The notes beneath the pieces are model-generated. The model was not told the origin of the DNA. It made no database searches and saw only the letters and a program-made list of their open reading frames with translations. Source: Armatimonadota bacterium (lineage in GTDB: Bacteria; Armatimonadota; SYMT01). From it: a stretch of 64,000 bases of DNA. The stretch covers positions 171,743 through 235,742 of the forward strand of contig JAWLHY010000014.1 of the NCBI GenBank assembly GCA_041690135.1, written 5' to 3'. Shown one piece after another: positions 9,713 through 18,471 of the stretch. Numbering within the stretch: position 1 is the stretch's first letter; each line of letters starts with the position of its first letter. The position numbers and the translations under genes were made by a program.

Positions 9713-10768
9713 GTGGCGAGCGTGATCGAGACAGCACCGATCGAAGAGCGGCATCGACAGGCGTTGGCGCGCCTTCGGACGGCCCACGACACCATGCGCC
9801 AGGAGTTGGCGAAGGTGATCGTCGGCCAGACGGACGTGGTCGATGAGTTGTTGATGGCGATCTTTTCCCGGGGTCACTGCCTGCTTGTGGGCGTTCCCGG
9901 CCTGGCGAAGACCCTGCTGGTGAGCACGCTCGCCCGGATCCTCTCCCTGGAGTTCAAGCGGATCCAGTTCACCCCGGACCTGATGCCGGCCGACATCACC
10001 GGCACGGAAATCATCCAGGAAGACCCCGTCTCCCGGCAGCGGGCATTCAAGTTCCTCCGCGGCCCCATCTTCGCCAACATCATCCTGGCGGACGAAATCA
10101 ACCGGACTCCCCCCAAGACGCAGGCCGCCCTGCTGGAAGCCATGCAGGAGCACCGCGTCACGGCGGGCGGGCACACCTACGCGCTGGACGAGCCGTTCTT
10201 CGTGCTCGCCACGCAGAACCCAATCGAGCAGGAAGGCACCTATCCGCTTCCGGAAGCGCAGCTCGACCGGTTCATGTTCATGATCCGCGTCGACTACCCG
10301 GCGCTGGACGAAGAACTGGAGATCATGCGCCGCACCACTTCCAGCATCCGCCAGGAAGTGAGCCCGGTGATGTCCGCGGAGGAGATCCTCTGGCTGCAGG
10401 AGTTCCTCCGGGACTTCCCCGTGCCGCCGCACGTTTTCGATTACGTGCTGTCGCTGGTCCGCGCCACCCGCACCACCCCCACCACCGGCGCGGACAAGAT
10501 CGACCCGCGCCTGCGCGACTTCGTGAAGGAATACGTCACCTGGGGCGCCGGCCCCCGTGCCGGCCAGTACCTCATCCTCGGCGCCAAGGCCCGGGCCGCC
10601 CTCGACGGTCGCAACTTCGTGGACTGCTCCGACGTGATGAAGATCGCCGCCCCGGTCCTCCGGCACCGGATCATCACCAACTATCGCGCGGAGTCCGCCG
10701 GCATCACCCCGGACGAGGTCATTCAGAAACTGATCGAGCTCACGCCGCGCCCCACGGCCGCGAAGTAG
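9713..10768 (+). CDS. moxR: MoxR family AAA+ ATPase
   Basis: Walker A GVPGLAKT, RIQFTPDLMPADITG, Walker B ILADEINR, ATQNPIEQEGTYPLPEAQLDRF. Confidence 0.95.
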   Translation: MASVIETAPIEERHRQALARLRTAHDTMRQELAKVIVGQTDVVDELLMAIFSRGHCLLVGVPGLAKTLLVSTLARILSLEFKRIQFTPDLMPADITGTEIIQEDPVSRQRAFKFLRGPIFANIILADEINRTPPKTQAALLEAMQEHRVTAGGHTYALDEPFFVLATQNPIEQEGTYPLPEAQLDRFMFMIRVDYPALDEELEIMRRTTSSIRQEVSPVMSAEEILWLQEFLRDFPVPPHVFDYVLSLVRATRTTPTTGADKIDPRLRDFVKEYVTWGAGPRAGQYLILGAKARAALDGRNFVDCSDVMKIAAPVLRHRIITNYRAESAGITPDEVIQKLIELTPRPTAAK

Positions 10769-10791
10769 GAAGGGCTCCGAAGTCGATCGCC

Positions 10792-11013
10792 ATGCACGAC
10801 GAAGTGATCATCCGGCTCAGTGTGCCGGACGAGTTGACCTCTTTCCGCTTTCCGCAAGCGCTCGACCGGCGACTGCAGACTCTGCTCGATAAGCAGGACC
10901 AGGGAGAACTGCTGACGCCAGAGGAGCGGTCGGAAGCGGAAGGGCTGGTTGATCTTGCGGAGGCACTGTCGTTGCTGAGAACTAAGGCGGAAGCAGTATC
11001 TATATGCCCCTGA
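10792..11013 (+). CDS. Small hypothetical protein, putative orphan antitoxin-like
   Basis: 73 aa with an RLQTLLDKQ...LTPEERSEAE pattern resembling small genes that usually precede HNH nucleases. No partner gene here. Confidence 0.5.
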   Translation: MHDEVIIRLSVPDELTSFRFPQALDRRLQTLLDKQDQGELLTPEERSEAEGLVDLAEALSLLRTKAEAVSICP

Positions 11014-11903
11014 CACAGCAGCAACTGAGCGATCCGAAAATCGTAGGGGCTATCGGCCGCCTGGAGTTCCTGGCGCGCGAGGTCGTCGAGGGGGTCATCT
11101 CGGGTCTGCACAAGAGCCCCTACCACGGCTTCAGCGTCGAGTTCGCGCAGCACCGGGAGTACACGCCCGGTGACGAGATCCGGTACATCGACTGGAGAGT
11201 CGCGGCCCGGTCGGACCGGCTCTATGTGAAGGAGTTCGAGGAAGAGACCAACCTCAAGGCGCACCTCCTCGTGGACACCAGCGACTCGATGCGCTACCAG
11301 GGCGCCCGCAAGCCGCACAGCAAGCTGGAGTACGCCTCGATCATGGCCTCGGCCTTCGCCTCTCTGCTCATCCAGCAGCGCGACCAGGCCGGGCTGGTGC
11401 TCTACAACGACGGGGTGGACCGGTACGTCCCCCCGCGGGCCACGGCGACCCACTACACCCAGATCCTGGAAGAGCTGGTGGCGGCCCAGTCGAAGCCCAA
11501 GACGGACGTCGCCGGCACCTTCCACAACATGGCCGAGTTGATCAAGCGCCGGGGGCTCGTGGTCGTCTTCTCCGATCTGTTCGGCGACCCGCTGGATGTG
11601 CTCGCGGGTCTGCGTCACTTCCGCTACCGCCGTCATGAAGTGGTCGTGTTCCAGATCCTCGACGAGGACGAGGTAAAGTTCCCCTTCGATGAGCTGACGA
11701 AGTTCGAGGGGTTGGAGCTGGAGCCGGAGTTGCTGGTCGATCCTCGCGGCATCCGAGACGAGTACCTGAAGGAGTTCAACAGCTTCTGCGAGCAGGTCGA
11801 GCGCGGCTGCCGCGAGATCCAGGTCGACGTCGTCCGGGTCCTGACCCACGAACCCCCCGCCGAAGTGATCGCGAGGTACCTGACCAGTAGATCCCGCCGC
11901 TAG
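11004..11903 (+). CDS. DUF58 domain protein (MoxR partner, vWA-like)
   Basis: GLHKSPYHGFSVEFAQHREYTPGDEIRYIDW, VKEFEEE, DTSDSM, VVVFSDL. Confidence 0.93.
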   Translation: MPLTQQQLSDPKIVGAIGRLEFLAREVVEGVISGLHKSPYHGFSVEFAQHREYTPGDEIRYIDWRVAARSDRLYVKEFEEETNLKAHLLVDTSDSMRYQGARKPHSKLEYASIMASAFASLLIQQRDQAGLVLYNDGVDRYVPPRATATHYTQILEELVAAQSKPKTDVAGTFHNMAELIKRRGLVVVFSDLFGDPLDVLAGLRHFRYRRHEVVVFQILDEDEVKFPFDELTKFEGLELEPELLVDPRGIRDEYLKEFNSFCEQVERGCREIQVDVVRVLTHEPPAEVIARYLTSRSRR

Positions 11904-11994
11904 CGGGGCATCCGCCGATCTCATTTTTGGGTTCCCCGATAAGATCTATGCAAACGATCCCGTAGAGAGTAGTTCGTGTTGGAAGGATTCCCTC

Positions 11995-12043
11995 TTGAAC
12001 ACGCACCGATGTAGGGCGGGATGCTCCGTCACCGCCTGGCAAT
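11995..12043 (+). repeat. GTAG-type REP, near-identical copy at 17716-17765
   Basis: ttgaacacg....gatgtagggcgggatgctccgtcaccgcctggc at both sites. Confidence 0.85.
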
Positions 12044-12080
12044 GGGCTCGTACGGGTGCTGGCGTGTGCGCCCCACACCA

Positions 12081-12204
12081 TACCCCGGTGCATACCGCGC
12101 AAATAATTTCGTATCTCAAGGCAAGCGGCCTCAAACTCGGCCTGCTGATCAACTTCAACGTACCGCTCCTCAAGGATGGCCTTTGTCGCATCGTCCTCTC
12201 TTAA
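12081..12204 (+). pseudogene. GxxExxY protein C-terminal remnant
   Basis: PVHTAQIISYLKASGLKLGLLINFNVPLLKDGLCRIVL is the canonical GxxExxY C-terminus. The N-terminal part is missing and a REP occupies that position. Confidence 0.8.
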
Positions 12205-12284
12205 CTCTTCTCTTTCTCAACTTGGCGTTCTTGGCGTCTTGGCGGTTCACTCCCCGGACGTAGCAGCAGTGAGTTAACGCACGC

Positions 12285-14435
12285 ATGGGTCTTAGCTTCC
12301 TTAACAGCGCATTCCTGGGGGCACTCTCCCTCGTCAGTATCCCGATCATCATCCACCTGCTCCAGCGGCGGCGGTATCGGGTGGTGCGCTGGGGAGCGAT
12401 GGAGTTCCTGCGCGTCAGCCAGCGGAACCGCTCGCGCCGCTTGATGATCGAGCAGCTCATCCTGCTCGCCATCCGCTGCCTCGTCATCGCGCTGGTGGTC
12501 CTTGCCGTTTGTCGCCCCGTCATGCGGCTGGGCGGGCTTCCCATTGCCGGGACCCGCGGCTCCGTGCATGCGGTGATCCTGCTGGACAACTCCTACAGCA
12601 TGGGGTACCGGCCGGGAGCGGGCACGGAGACCGTCTTCGACCGCGCGCTCAAGCGGGCCGTTGCCCTCGTGGAGACGGGATTGAAGCAGGGGGACGCCGT
12701 CAGCATCGTGCTCTGCTCCGATCCTGCGAAGGCGGTGATCCGCAAGCCCAGTCTCGACCTGAAAGCCGCCGCGGGCCTTCTGAAGCGCTCCGTTACCGTG
12801 ACCGACGCCGGCACCAACTACGGGGCCGCCGCGCGCATCGCCCTCGATATCCTTGGGGAGTCGAGCTTCACGAACCGGGAAGTCTTCCTGATTTCGGACA
12901 ACCAGACGGCGGGCTGGGAAGGCCAGAAACGCGACCCGGCCGCCTGGGAAGCCCTCGGGAAATTGGCCCGCGTGGTGGTGCTGCCCACCCGGGAGGGACC
13001 GGCTTCCAACGTGGCGGTGGAGTGGGTCCAGGCGGCGCGCGGTTTGGCCACGGCGCGCAGCAGCGCCCGCATCCAGGCGCGCGTGGTGAATTACGGTTCC
13101 AGCACGGTGCGCGGCCTTCTCGCGACCCTGGAAGTGGATGGCGAGCCTCAAGGATCGAGCCAGCGGATCGACATTGAGCCGGGCCAGGGCACCCTCATCT
13201 CCTTTAACCAGATATTCGACAAGCCGGGGGTGCGGCGCTGTGCCGTCCGTCTCGGCGCGGATCGCCTCCCCGCGGATGATGCCGGCTACCTGGCGCTCCG
13301 GGTACGGCAGAGCGTGCGCGTGTTGGTCCTGAACGGAAAACCGAACCCGAGCACGCCTCAGAACGACGGCGCCTTCTTCCTGCAATTGGCTCTTTCGCCA
13401 CCGATTATGGGTCCTGGCGCCGAGCCCACGCCGCTCGAGCCCCACATCGTCACCGGTACCGGCTTCGGCAGCACCGGTGTCCGCGACTTCGACGTGGTGA
13501 CGCTCACCGACGTCGCCTCCCTGAGTGAAGGCGACCGCCGCCTGCTGGCCGAGTTCGTCCAGAACGGCGGGGGCGCGCTCGTGTTCCTGGGGGACCGGGT
13601 CAATCCCGCCCTCTACAACCGCGACCTGTTCGAGGCCAGCCCCAGCCTGCTGCCGGCGCGCCTGGCGGGGATGGGGGCGGCGAAGTCGACGCTGGATCCG
13701 GCCACCCTGGACCATCCCGCGCTGCAGAGGTTCAAAGGCGCGCAGGACGTCGACCTCACCACCGCGGAGTTCACGCGCTACCACAAGCTGGCGCCGAAGG
13801 AAGGGGACAAGACGGTCCGCGTGATGGCCCGCTTCTCCAACGGAGATCCGGCCCTGATCGAGAAACAGTTCGGCCTGGGGCGCCTGATCCTGGTGGCTAG
13901 CACCGCCAATACGGAGTGGAACAGCCTCCCGGTGAAGCCGGTCTTCCTGCCGCTGATCCACCAACTGGTGGCGCACCTGGCCAGCGGGGCGGACGGCACC
14001 CGCAACGGCACGGTGGGCCAGCCGGTCACGCGCCCGCTGCCGATCGCGGATGCGGGACAGCCGATCACCGTCACCGATCCCGCCGGGGCGAAGACCACCC
14101 TCCGTTCCACCGTGGACGAGCGCGGCGCCCTGGTGACCCTGGAAGCCCCACGCCGCGCCGGGTTCTACCAGGTCGCCATCGCCAGCCGTTCGCAGGATGC
14201 CTTTGCCGTCAACCGGGACACGGCCGAATCGAACCTGGCGGCCGCGGACGAGAACGCGCTCAAGCGGCTGATCCCCGTCGCCCAGTGGACCTGGATCGGT
14301 CTGAATGAGGACCTTTTCGCGGCTCTCAACCAGAGCCGCATGGGCATCGAGCTCTGGCGCCACCTCCTCCTCGCCGCCCTTGCCCTGATGGTCCTGGAGA
14401 CGATGTTGGCACAACTGTTCGGACGGAGGAGTTAA
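12285..14435 (+). CDS. BatA N-terminal + vWA domain membrane protein
   Basis: FLNSAFL..IPIIIHLL..RRYRVVRWGAMEFL (BatA/double-TM), MIDAS DNSYSM, ISD, glutamine-amidotransferase-like domain, C-terminal TM ELWRHLL. Confidence 0.9.
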   Translation: MGLSFLNSAFLGALSLVSIPIIIHLLQRRRYRVVRWGAMEFLRVSQRNRSRRLMIEQLILLAIRCLVIALVVLAVCRPVMRLGGLPIAGTRGSVHAVILLDNSYSMGYRPGAGTETVFDRALKRAVALVETGLKQGDAVSIVLCSDPAKAVIRKPSLDLKAAAGLLKRSVTVTDAGTNYGAAARIALDILGESSFTNREVFLISDNQTAGWEGQKRDPAAWEALGKLARVVVLPTREGPASNVAVEWVQAARGLATARSSARIQARVVNYGSSTVRGLLATLEVDGEPQGSSQRIDIEPGQGTLISFNQIFDKPGVRRCAVRLGADRLPADDAGYLALRVRQSVRVLVLNGKPNPSTPQNDGAFFLQLALSPPIMGPGAEPTPLEPHIVTGTGFGSTGVRDFDVVTLTDVASLSEGDRRLLAEFVQNGGGALVFLGDRVNPALYNRDLFEASPSLLPARLAGMGAAKSTLDPATLDHPALQRFKGAQDVDLTTAEFTRYHKLAPKEGDKTVRVMARFSNGDPALIEKQFGLGRLILVASTANTEWNSLPVKPVFLPLIHQLVAHLASGADGTRNGTVGQPVTRPLPIADAGQPITVTDPAGAKTTLRSTVDERGALVTLEAPRRAGFYQVAIASRSQDAFAVNRDTAESNLAAADENALKRLIPVAQWTWIGLNEDLFAALNQSRMGIELWRHLLLAALALMVLETMLAQLFGRRS

Positions 14436-14456
14436 TCAAGCACGAGGTCACCGCAA

Positions 14457-14861
14457 ATGCGTCTTCGCTATTGGCTCCTCTGCTTCGCGCTCATCGCCTC
14501 CGGCTTTGCCGCGAAGGAACTATGGCTGGGGTTCCAGCGGATGCAACGGGAAGCGAAGCGGAGACAAAAGCAGGAGATGTTCGCCCAGCTACGCAGCGTC
14601 TTCAACCTTCCCAAAGAGGCGGTAGTCGTACGTGGATACGTGCATGACACCTGGTTCGTGGGTGGCCGTTGGATGGTAACCTTCAGTTTGCCTCAAACAC
14701 GGAGGCCAGAACAGTGGGTCCGCGAATTGAAAGGCCTTGCATTTCCCCGTGCGAAAGGGACTCGGAAGACACGCCTGAAACTTGAAGGCGGGGGAGATTA
14801 CTGGCGCATCGAGTACCTGCCGGCATTTGGTGAATACGCGATGGAGTTGGTGGTGGACTGA
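14457..14861 (+). CDS. Hypothetical protein with N-terminal TM/signal
   Basis: 134-aa ORF with GAGG RBS, a hydrophobic N-terminus and lower GC than its neighbours. Confidence 0.55.
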   Translation: MRLRYWLLCFALIASGFAAKELWLGFQRMQREAKRRQKQEMFAQLRSVFNLPKEAVVVRGYVHDTWFVGGRWMVTFSLPQTRRPEQWVRELKGLAFPRAKGTRKTRLKLEGGGDYWRIEYLPAFGEYAMELVVD

Positions 14862-15147
14862 AAGTACAACACGTAAGTACGTATGCTGGTGGATCATTTG
14901 CCTCGCGGGTTCGCATAGGTGGGGAAAGCGGAGCCCCACACGGCGGCACGGGTGTAAGGACAAGGCCCGGCGAGGACAGCTTGCCCGTAGGGGAGCCTCC
15001 GCCCTACATCTGTAGGTGCAACGACAGCACTCATACCGATCACCACGAGCCAAGTCCTGTCACGGCACAGAACGGCCACGGACCATCAGTATTTGGGTGG
15101 TAAGCGACCCACCGACTCCGGCGCTGCCACCGCTCGGCCTCAAAAGT

Positions 15148-15237
15148 ACCTGAACACCTGAACACCTGAACACCCGACCACCTGAACACCTGAACACCCG
15201 AACACCCGAACACCCGAACACCGAAAGCCTGAACACC
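15148..15237 (+). repeat. Tandem 8-bp repeat (ACCYGAAC) x ~11
   Basis: Directly visible. Ends about 8 nt before ATG 15246. Confidence 0.95.
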
Positions 15238-15245
15238 CCAACCCT

Positions 15246-17633
15246 ATGACCAACTGGATCTACAAGCTGTTAGGAATCGATCCGGGCCAGGATGTCCTGC
15301 GGCTCGACCGGATTTTCTTCGTCCAGCCGTGGCCGGTGGTGCTGGCAGCGGTGGCGGCGGTGGGCCTGCTGGTGTGGGTGGTCCTCTTCTACTACCGCGA
15401 CGGCACGCGTCCATCCTGGCTCTGGAAAGGCGCGATGACCGGCCTCCGGCTCGCGGCCCTGGCCACTCTCGCCTTCATGATCTGGCAGCCAATGCTGCGC
15501 AGCCAGCGGACCGACGCTACGCCCTCCATCGTGGCGGTGGTGGTGGACGAGTCCGAAAGCATGGGGATCAAGGACCGCTGGCAGAACGCGAAGCGGAAGG
15601 CGGACCTGGTCAAGGCGCTGGGCGACCCCACGCTGGCCAACCGGAGCCGGATCGAGGCTGCGGACCGCCTGCTGAACCGCGACGATGCCGCACTGCTGAA
15701 GGGCCTGCTGGAGAAGCATTCGGTGCGGGTCTACCGCTTCGGCGCGGACGTGAAGGGCACCGAGCTTCGCAAGGCCAAGGCGGGTGAGAAGCCCCAGCCC
15801 GGCTCCGAGGCCGGAGAGCCGCTGCCGCTCAAGCTGAACAAGCCGGAGGCGGAGCAGACCCGGATCGGCAGCGCGGTCGATTACGTGCTGCAGGACACGG
15901 CGGGCCAGCCGCTGGCGGGCATCGTGCTGCTCTCCGACGGCGGACACAACATGGGCGACGACCCCGCCTTCGCCGCGCGCCGTGCCTCGGAAGTCCAGGC
16001 CCCCATCTATTCGATCGGCTTCGGCGACCCTACCCCGCCCCAGGACGTGGCCGTCACCAGCCTCCTGGCGGATGAGGTGGTGCGCAAGGGCGACGAGGTT
16101 GTCGTTTCCGTCGGCCTGCGCCAGCGCGGGTACGGCAGCCGCACCGTGCCGCTGGTGCTCAAGCTGGGGAACCGGGTCCTGGAGCGGCGCAGCGTCAAGC
16201 TGGGCGCGGAGGGGCAGAAGCAGGAGCTGAACCTATCCTTCACCCCGGACGAGGCCGGCGCCCGCGCGCTGACCGTCTCCGTCGAGGGCCAGCCGGGGGA
16301 GATCACGCTCTCCAACAACCAGAAGTCGTGGCCGATCCGCATCGTCGACAAGAAGCTGAAGATCCTTTACGTGGAGGGCTACCCGCGCTGGGAGTACCGC
16401 TACCTCAAGAACGCGATCCTGCGGGATAAGACCACCCTCTTCTCCTGCATGCTCGTCGATGCGGACCCGTCCCTGGGCGGTGAGGGCAACCAGCTCATCT
16501 ACAGCTTCCCGCGCGACAAGAAGGCGCTCTTCAACTTCGACATCATCATCCTGGGCGACGTGCCGCGCGAGTTCTTCTCGCCGCTGGATATGAAGAACCT
16601 CCGCGATTTCGTGGAGGAGCGCGGCGGCAGCCTGATCACGATGGCCGGCGAATTGTTCTTGCCCTGGCAGTACCGCGGCACCGACCTGGAGGCCGTCTGG
16701 CCGATCAGCGTGCCTGCCAACCGGCGCGAGATCCTGTTCGAGCAGCCGTTCCAGTTGGAGCTTACCGAGGCCGGCGCCCGCAACCCGATGATGTTCCTGG
16801 TGCCCCAGGTGGAGCAGAACCGGAACATCTGGCACGGGCTCCCCGGCATGTACTGGTGCGGCGTGTCCGATCGGGCTAAGCCGGGCGCCACGGTGCTGGC
16901 GCAGCACCCGACGCAGATGGGCACGGACGGCAAGATTCCCCTGGTCGCCGTCCAGCAGGTGGGCGAGGGCACCTCGTTCATGACGATGGTGGACAGCACC
17001 TGGCAGTGGCGCTTCCGGGTCGGCGATAAGTACTTCTACCGGTTCTGGGGTCAGGTGGTCCGCTCGCTCACCCCGCATGAGCTGCCTGGGGCCAACCGCT
17101 TCGTGCGCCTCACTGCCGACCGTGCCACCTACTCCCTGGGCGAGAAGGTCGTCTTGCGCGCGCGCTTGCTGACACCCAACTACCACCCGGTCCGCGTGAA
17201 AGAAGTGAATGCCGAGCTGGAGCGGACCGACGGTCAGCGCTTCCCCGTGCGCCTGGAGCCGGTGCCCGGCGCCGCCGGCATCTATTCGGGCGAGTGGCAG
17301 GCCTCCCTTCCCGGTGCGTTCAAAGCCATCCTGAAGGCGCCCGGCGGCCAGCGCAGCGAGTCCGTCACCAATGTGGTGGTGGAAGAGTCGAGCCTGGAGC
17401 TGGATCAGCCCGAGCAGAACGAGGCGCTCCTCCGGCGGGTCGCCAATCTCTCCGGCGGCAAGTACCTCCTCCTGAGCGAGGCCGCCGCCCTCCCCGAGAT
17501 GATCCCCGACCGCCGCCAGGAAGTCAGTACCCGGGTGGAGCACTCCCTCTGGGACGCCCCCCTCCCCCTGGCCCTCTTCGTCTTCTGCCTGGTCGGGGAG
17601 TGGGTGCTGAGGAAACGAAAAGGATTACTCTAG
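15246..17633 (+). CDS. vWA + glutamine amidotransferase-like (DUF1355-like) membrane protein
   Basis: MIDAS DESESM, LLSDG, LYVEGYPRWEYRYL, DIIILGDV, TWQWR, RFWGQ, C-terminal EWVLRKRKGL. Confidence 0.85.
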   Translation: MTNWIYKLLGIDPGQDVLRLDRIFFVQPWPVVLAAVAAVGLLVWVVLFYYRDGTRPSWLWKGAMTGLRLAALATLAFMIWQPMLRSQRTDATPSIVAVVVDESESMGIKDRWQNAKRKADLVKALGDPTLANRSRIEAADRLLNRDDAALLKGLLEKHSVRVYRFGADVKGTELRKAKAGEKPQPGSEAGEPLPLKLNKPEAEQTRIGSAVDYVLQDTAGQPLAGIVLLSDGGHNMGDDPAFAARRASEVQAPIYSIGFGDPTPPQDVAVTSLLADEVVRKGDEVVVSVGLRQRGYGSRTVPLVLKLGNRVLERRSVKLGAEGQKQELNLSFTPDEAGARALTVSVEGQPGEITLSNNQKSWPIRIVDKKLKILYVEGYPRWEYRYLKNAILRDKTTLFSCMLVDADPSLGGEGNQLIYSFPRDKKALFNFDIIILGDVPREFFSPLDMKNLRDFVEERGGSLITMAGELFLPWQYRGTDLEAVWPISVPANRREILFEQPFQLELTEAGARNPMMFLVPQVEQNRNIWHGLPGMYWCGVSDRAKPGATVLAQHPTQMGTDGKIPLVAVQQVGEGTSFMTMVDSTWQWRFRVGDKYFYRFWGQVVRSLTPHELPGANRFVRLTADRATYSLGEKVVLRARLLTPNYHPVRVKEVNAELERTDGQRFPVRLEPVPGAAGIYSGEWQASLPGAFKAILKAPGGQRSESVTNVVVEESSLELDQPEQNEALLRRVANLSGGKYLLLSEAAALPEMIPDRRQEVSTRVEHSLWDAPLPLALFVFCLVGEWVLRKRKGLL

Positions 17634-17715
17634 GGGTGGCGCTTCTAGGGTCCGTTTGCTTCGAGCGGACTTCACGGACGTTCCACCGGCACCCCATCGG
17701 CAAATGGACTACCCT

Positions 17716-17765
17716 TTGAACACGGGGCGATGTAGGGCGGGATGCTCCGTCACCGCCTGGCCATG
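17716..17765 (+). repeat. GTAG-type REP (copy of 11995-12043)
   Basis: gatgtagggcgggatgctccgtcaccgcctggc is identical to the first copy. Confidence 0.85.
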
Positions 17766-17812
17766 TACTTGTACTTGTCGCGCCGTGTGGGACTCCCGCT
17801 TAGAGACAACTC

Positions 17813-18373
17813 ATGGCTGAACCTGCAATCACTTTCCGCCCGATGACCTTCGAAAAGGCTGCCCGCCTCGACCCGGATCAGGAGGCCGGCGACATCGTTC
17901 AGGGAAGGTGGACACCCGTGTCGAGGGACACCTGGAAGCACGCACTGATCGTAGGCAATGCCTATGCGCTCCTTCGACAGTACTGTCGTGAGAACCGGGA
18001 ATGGATCGCGGGTGTCGGTGATCCGGGAACCAAGCTCACTAGAAATCCCGATACGCTTCGCGGGCCGGACGTGGGCGTCATCCGATCCGAGCGCCTTCCC
18101 ACCGGAAAGGGCGCACAGGGCTGGCTGGATGGCGCCCCCGATCTGGCGGTGGAAGTGACGAGCGATAACCAGACCGCGTCCGAATTGGCGCGGAAGGGGC
18201 TCGAGTACCTGGCGGCGGGAGGCAAGATGGTCTGGGTAGTCGACCCGGACGCACAACTCGTGCTGGTGCTCACGGCCCCGAACCACCTGCAGATCTACGG
18301 CGTGGCCGACACGCTCGACGCCGGGGATGTGCTGCCCGGCTTCACCTGTCCGGTCTCCGAGTTTTTCGAGTAG
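17813..18373 (+). CDS. Uma2 family (PD-(D/E)xK) endonuclease
   Basis: RGPDVG, GAPDLAVEV, K..EYLAAG..VWVVDP, LPGF..PVSEFF. Confidence 0.92.
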   Translation: MAEPAITFRPMTFEKAARLDPDQEAGDIVQGRWTPVSRDTWKHALIVGNAYALLRQYCRENREWIAGVGDPGTKLTRNPDTLRGPDVGVIRSERLPTGKGAQGWLDGAPDLAVEVTSDNQTASELARKGLEYLAAGGKMVWVVDPDAQLVLVLTAPNHLQIYGVADTLDAGDVLPGFTCPVSEFFE

Positions 18374-18471
18374 TCCCCCGCTATACTGGGGATAAGCTCG
18401 TAACCTGAAACGGCGGCCGCCGTCGGGGCGTCCTACTGAGAGTGCGTCACTTCCGAAGGAGCCTTGGATTC

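Noticed and set aside
15148-15237. Possible CRISPR array
   Set aside because: Contiguous 8-bp units without unique spacers, and no cas genes.
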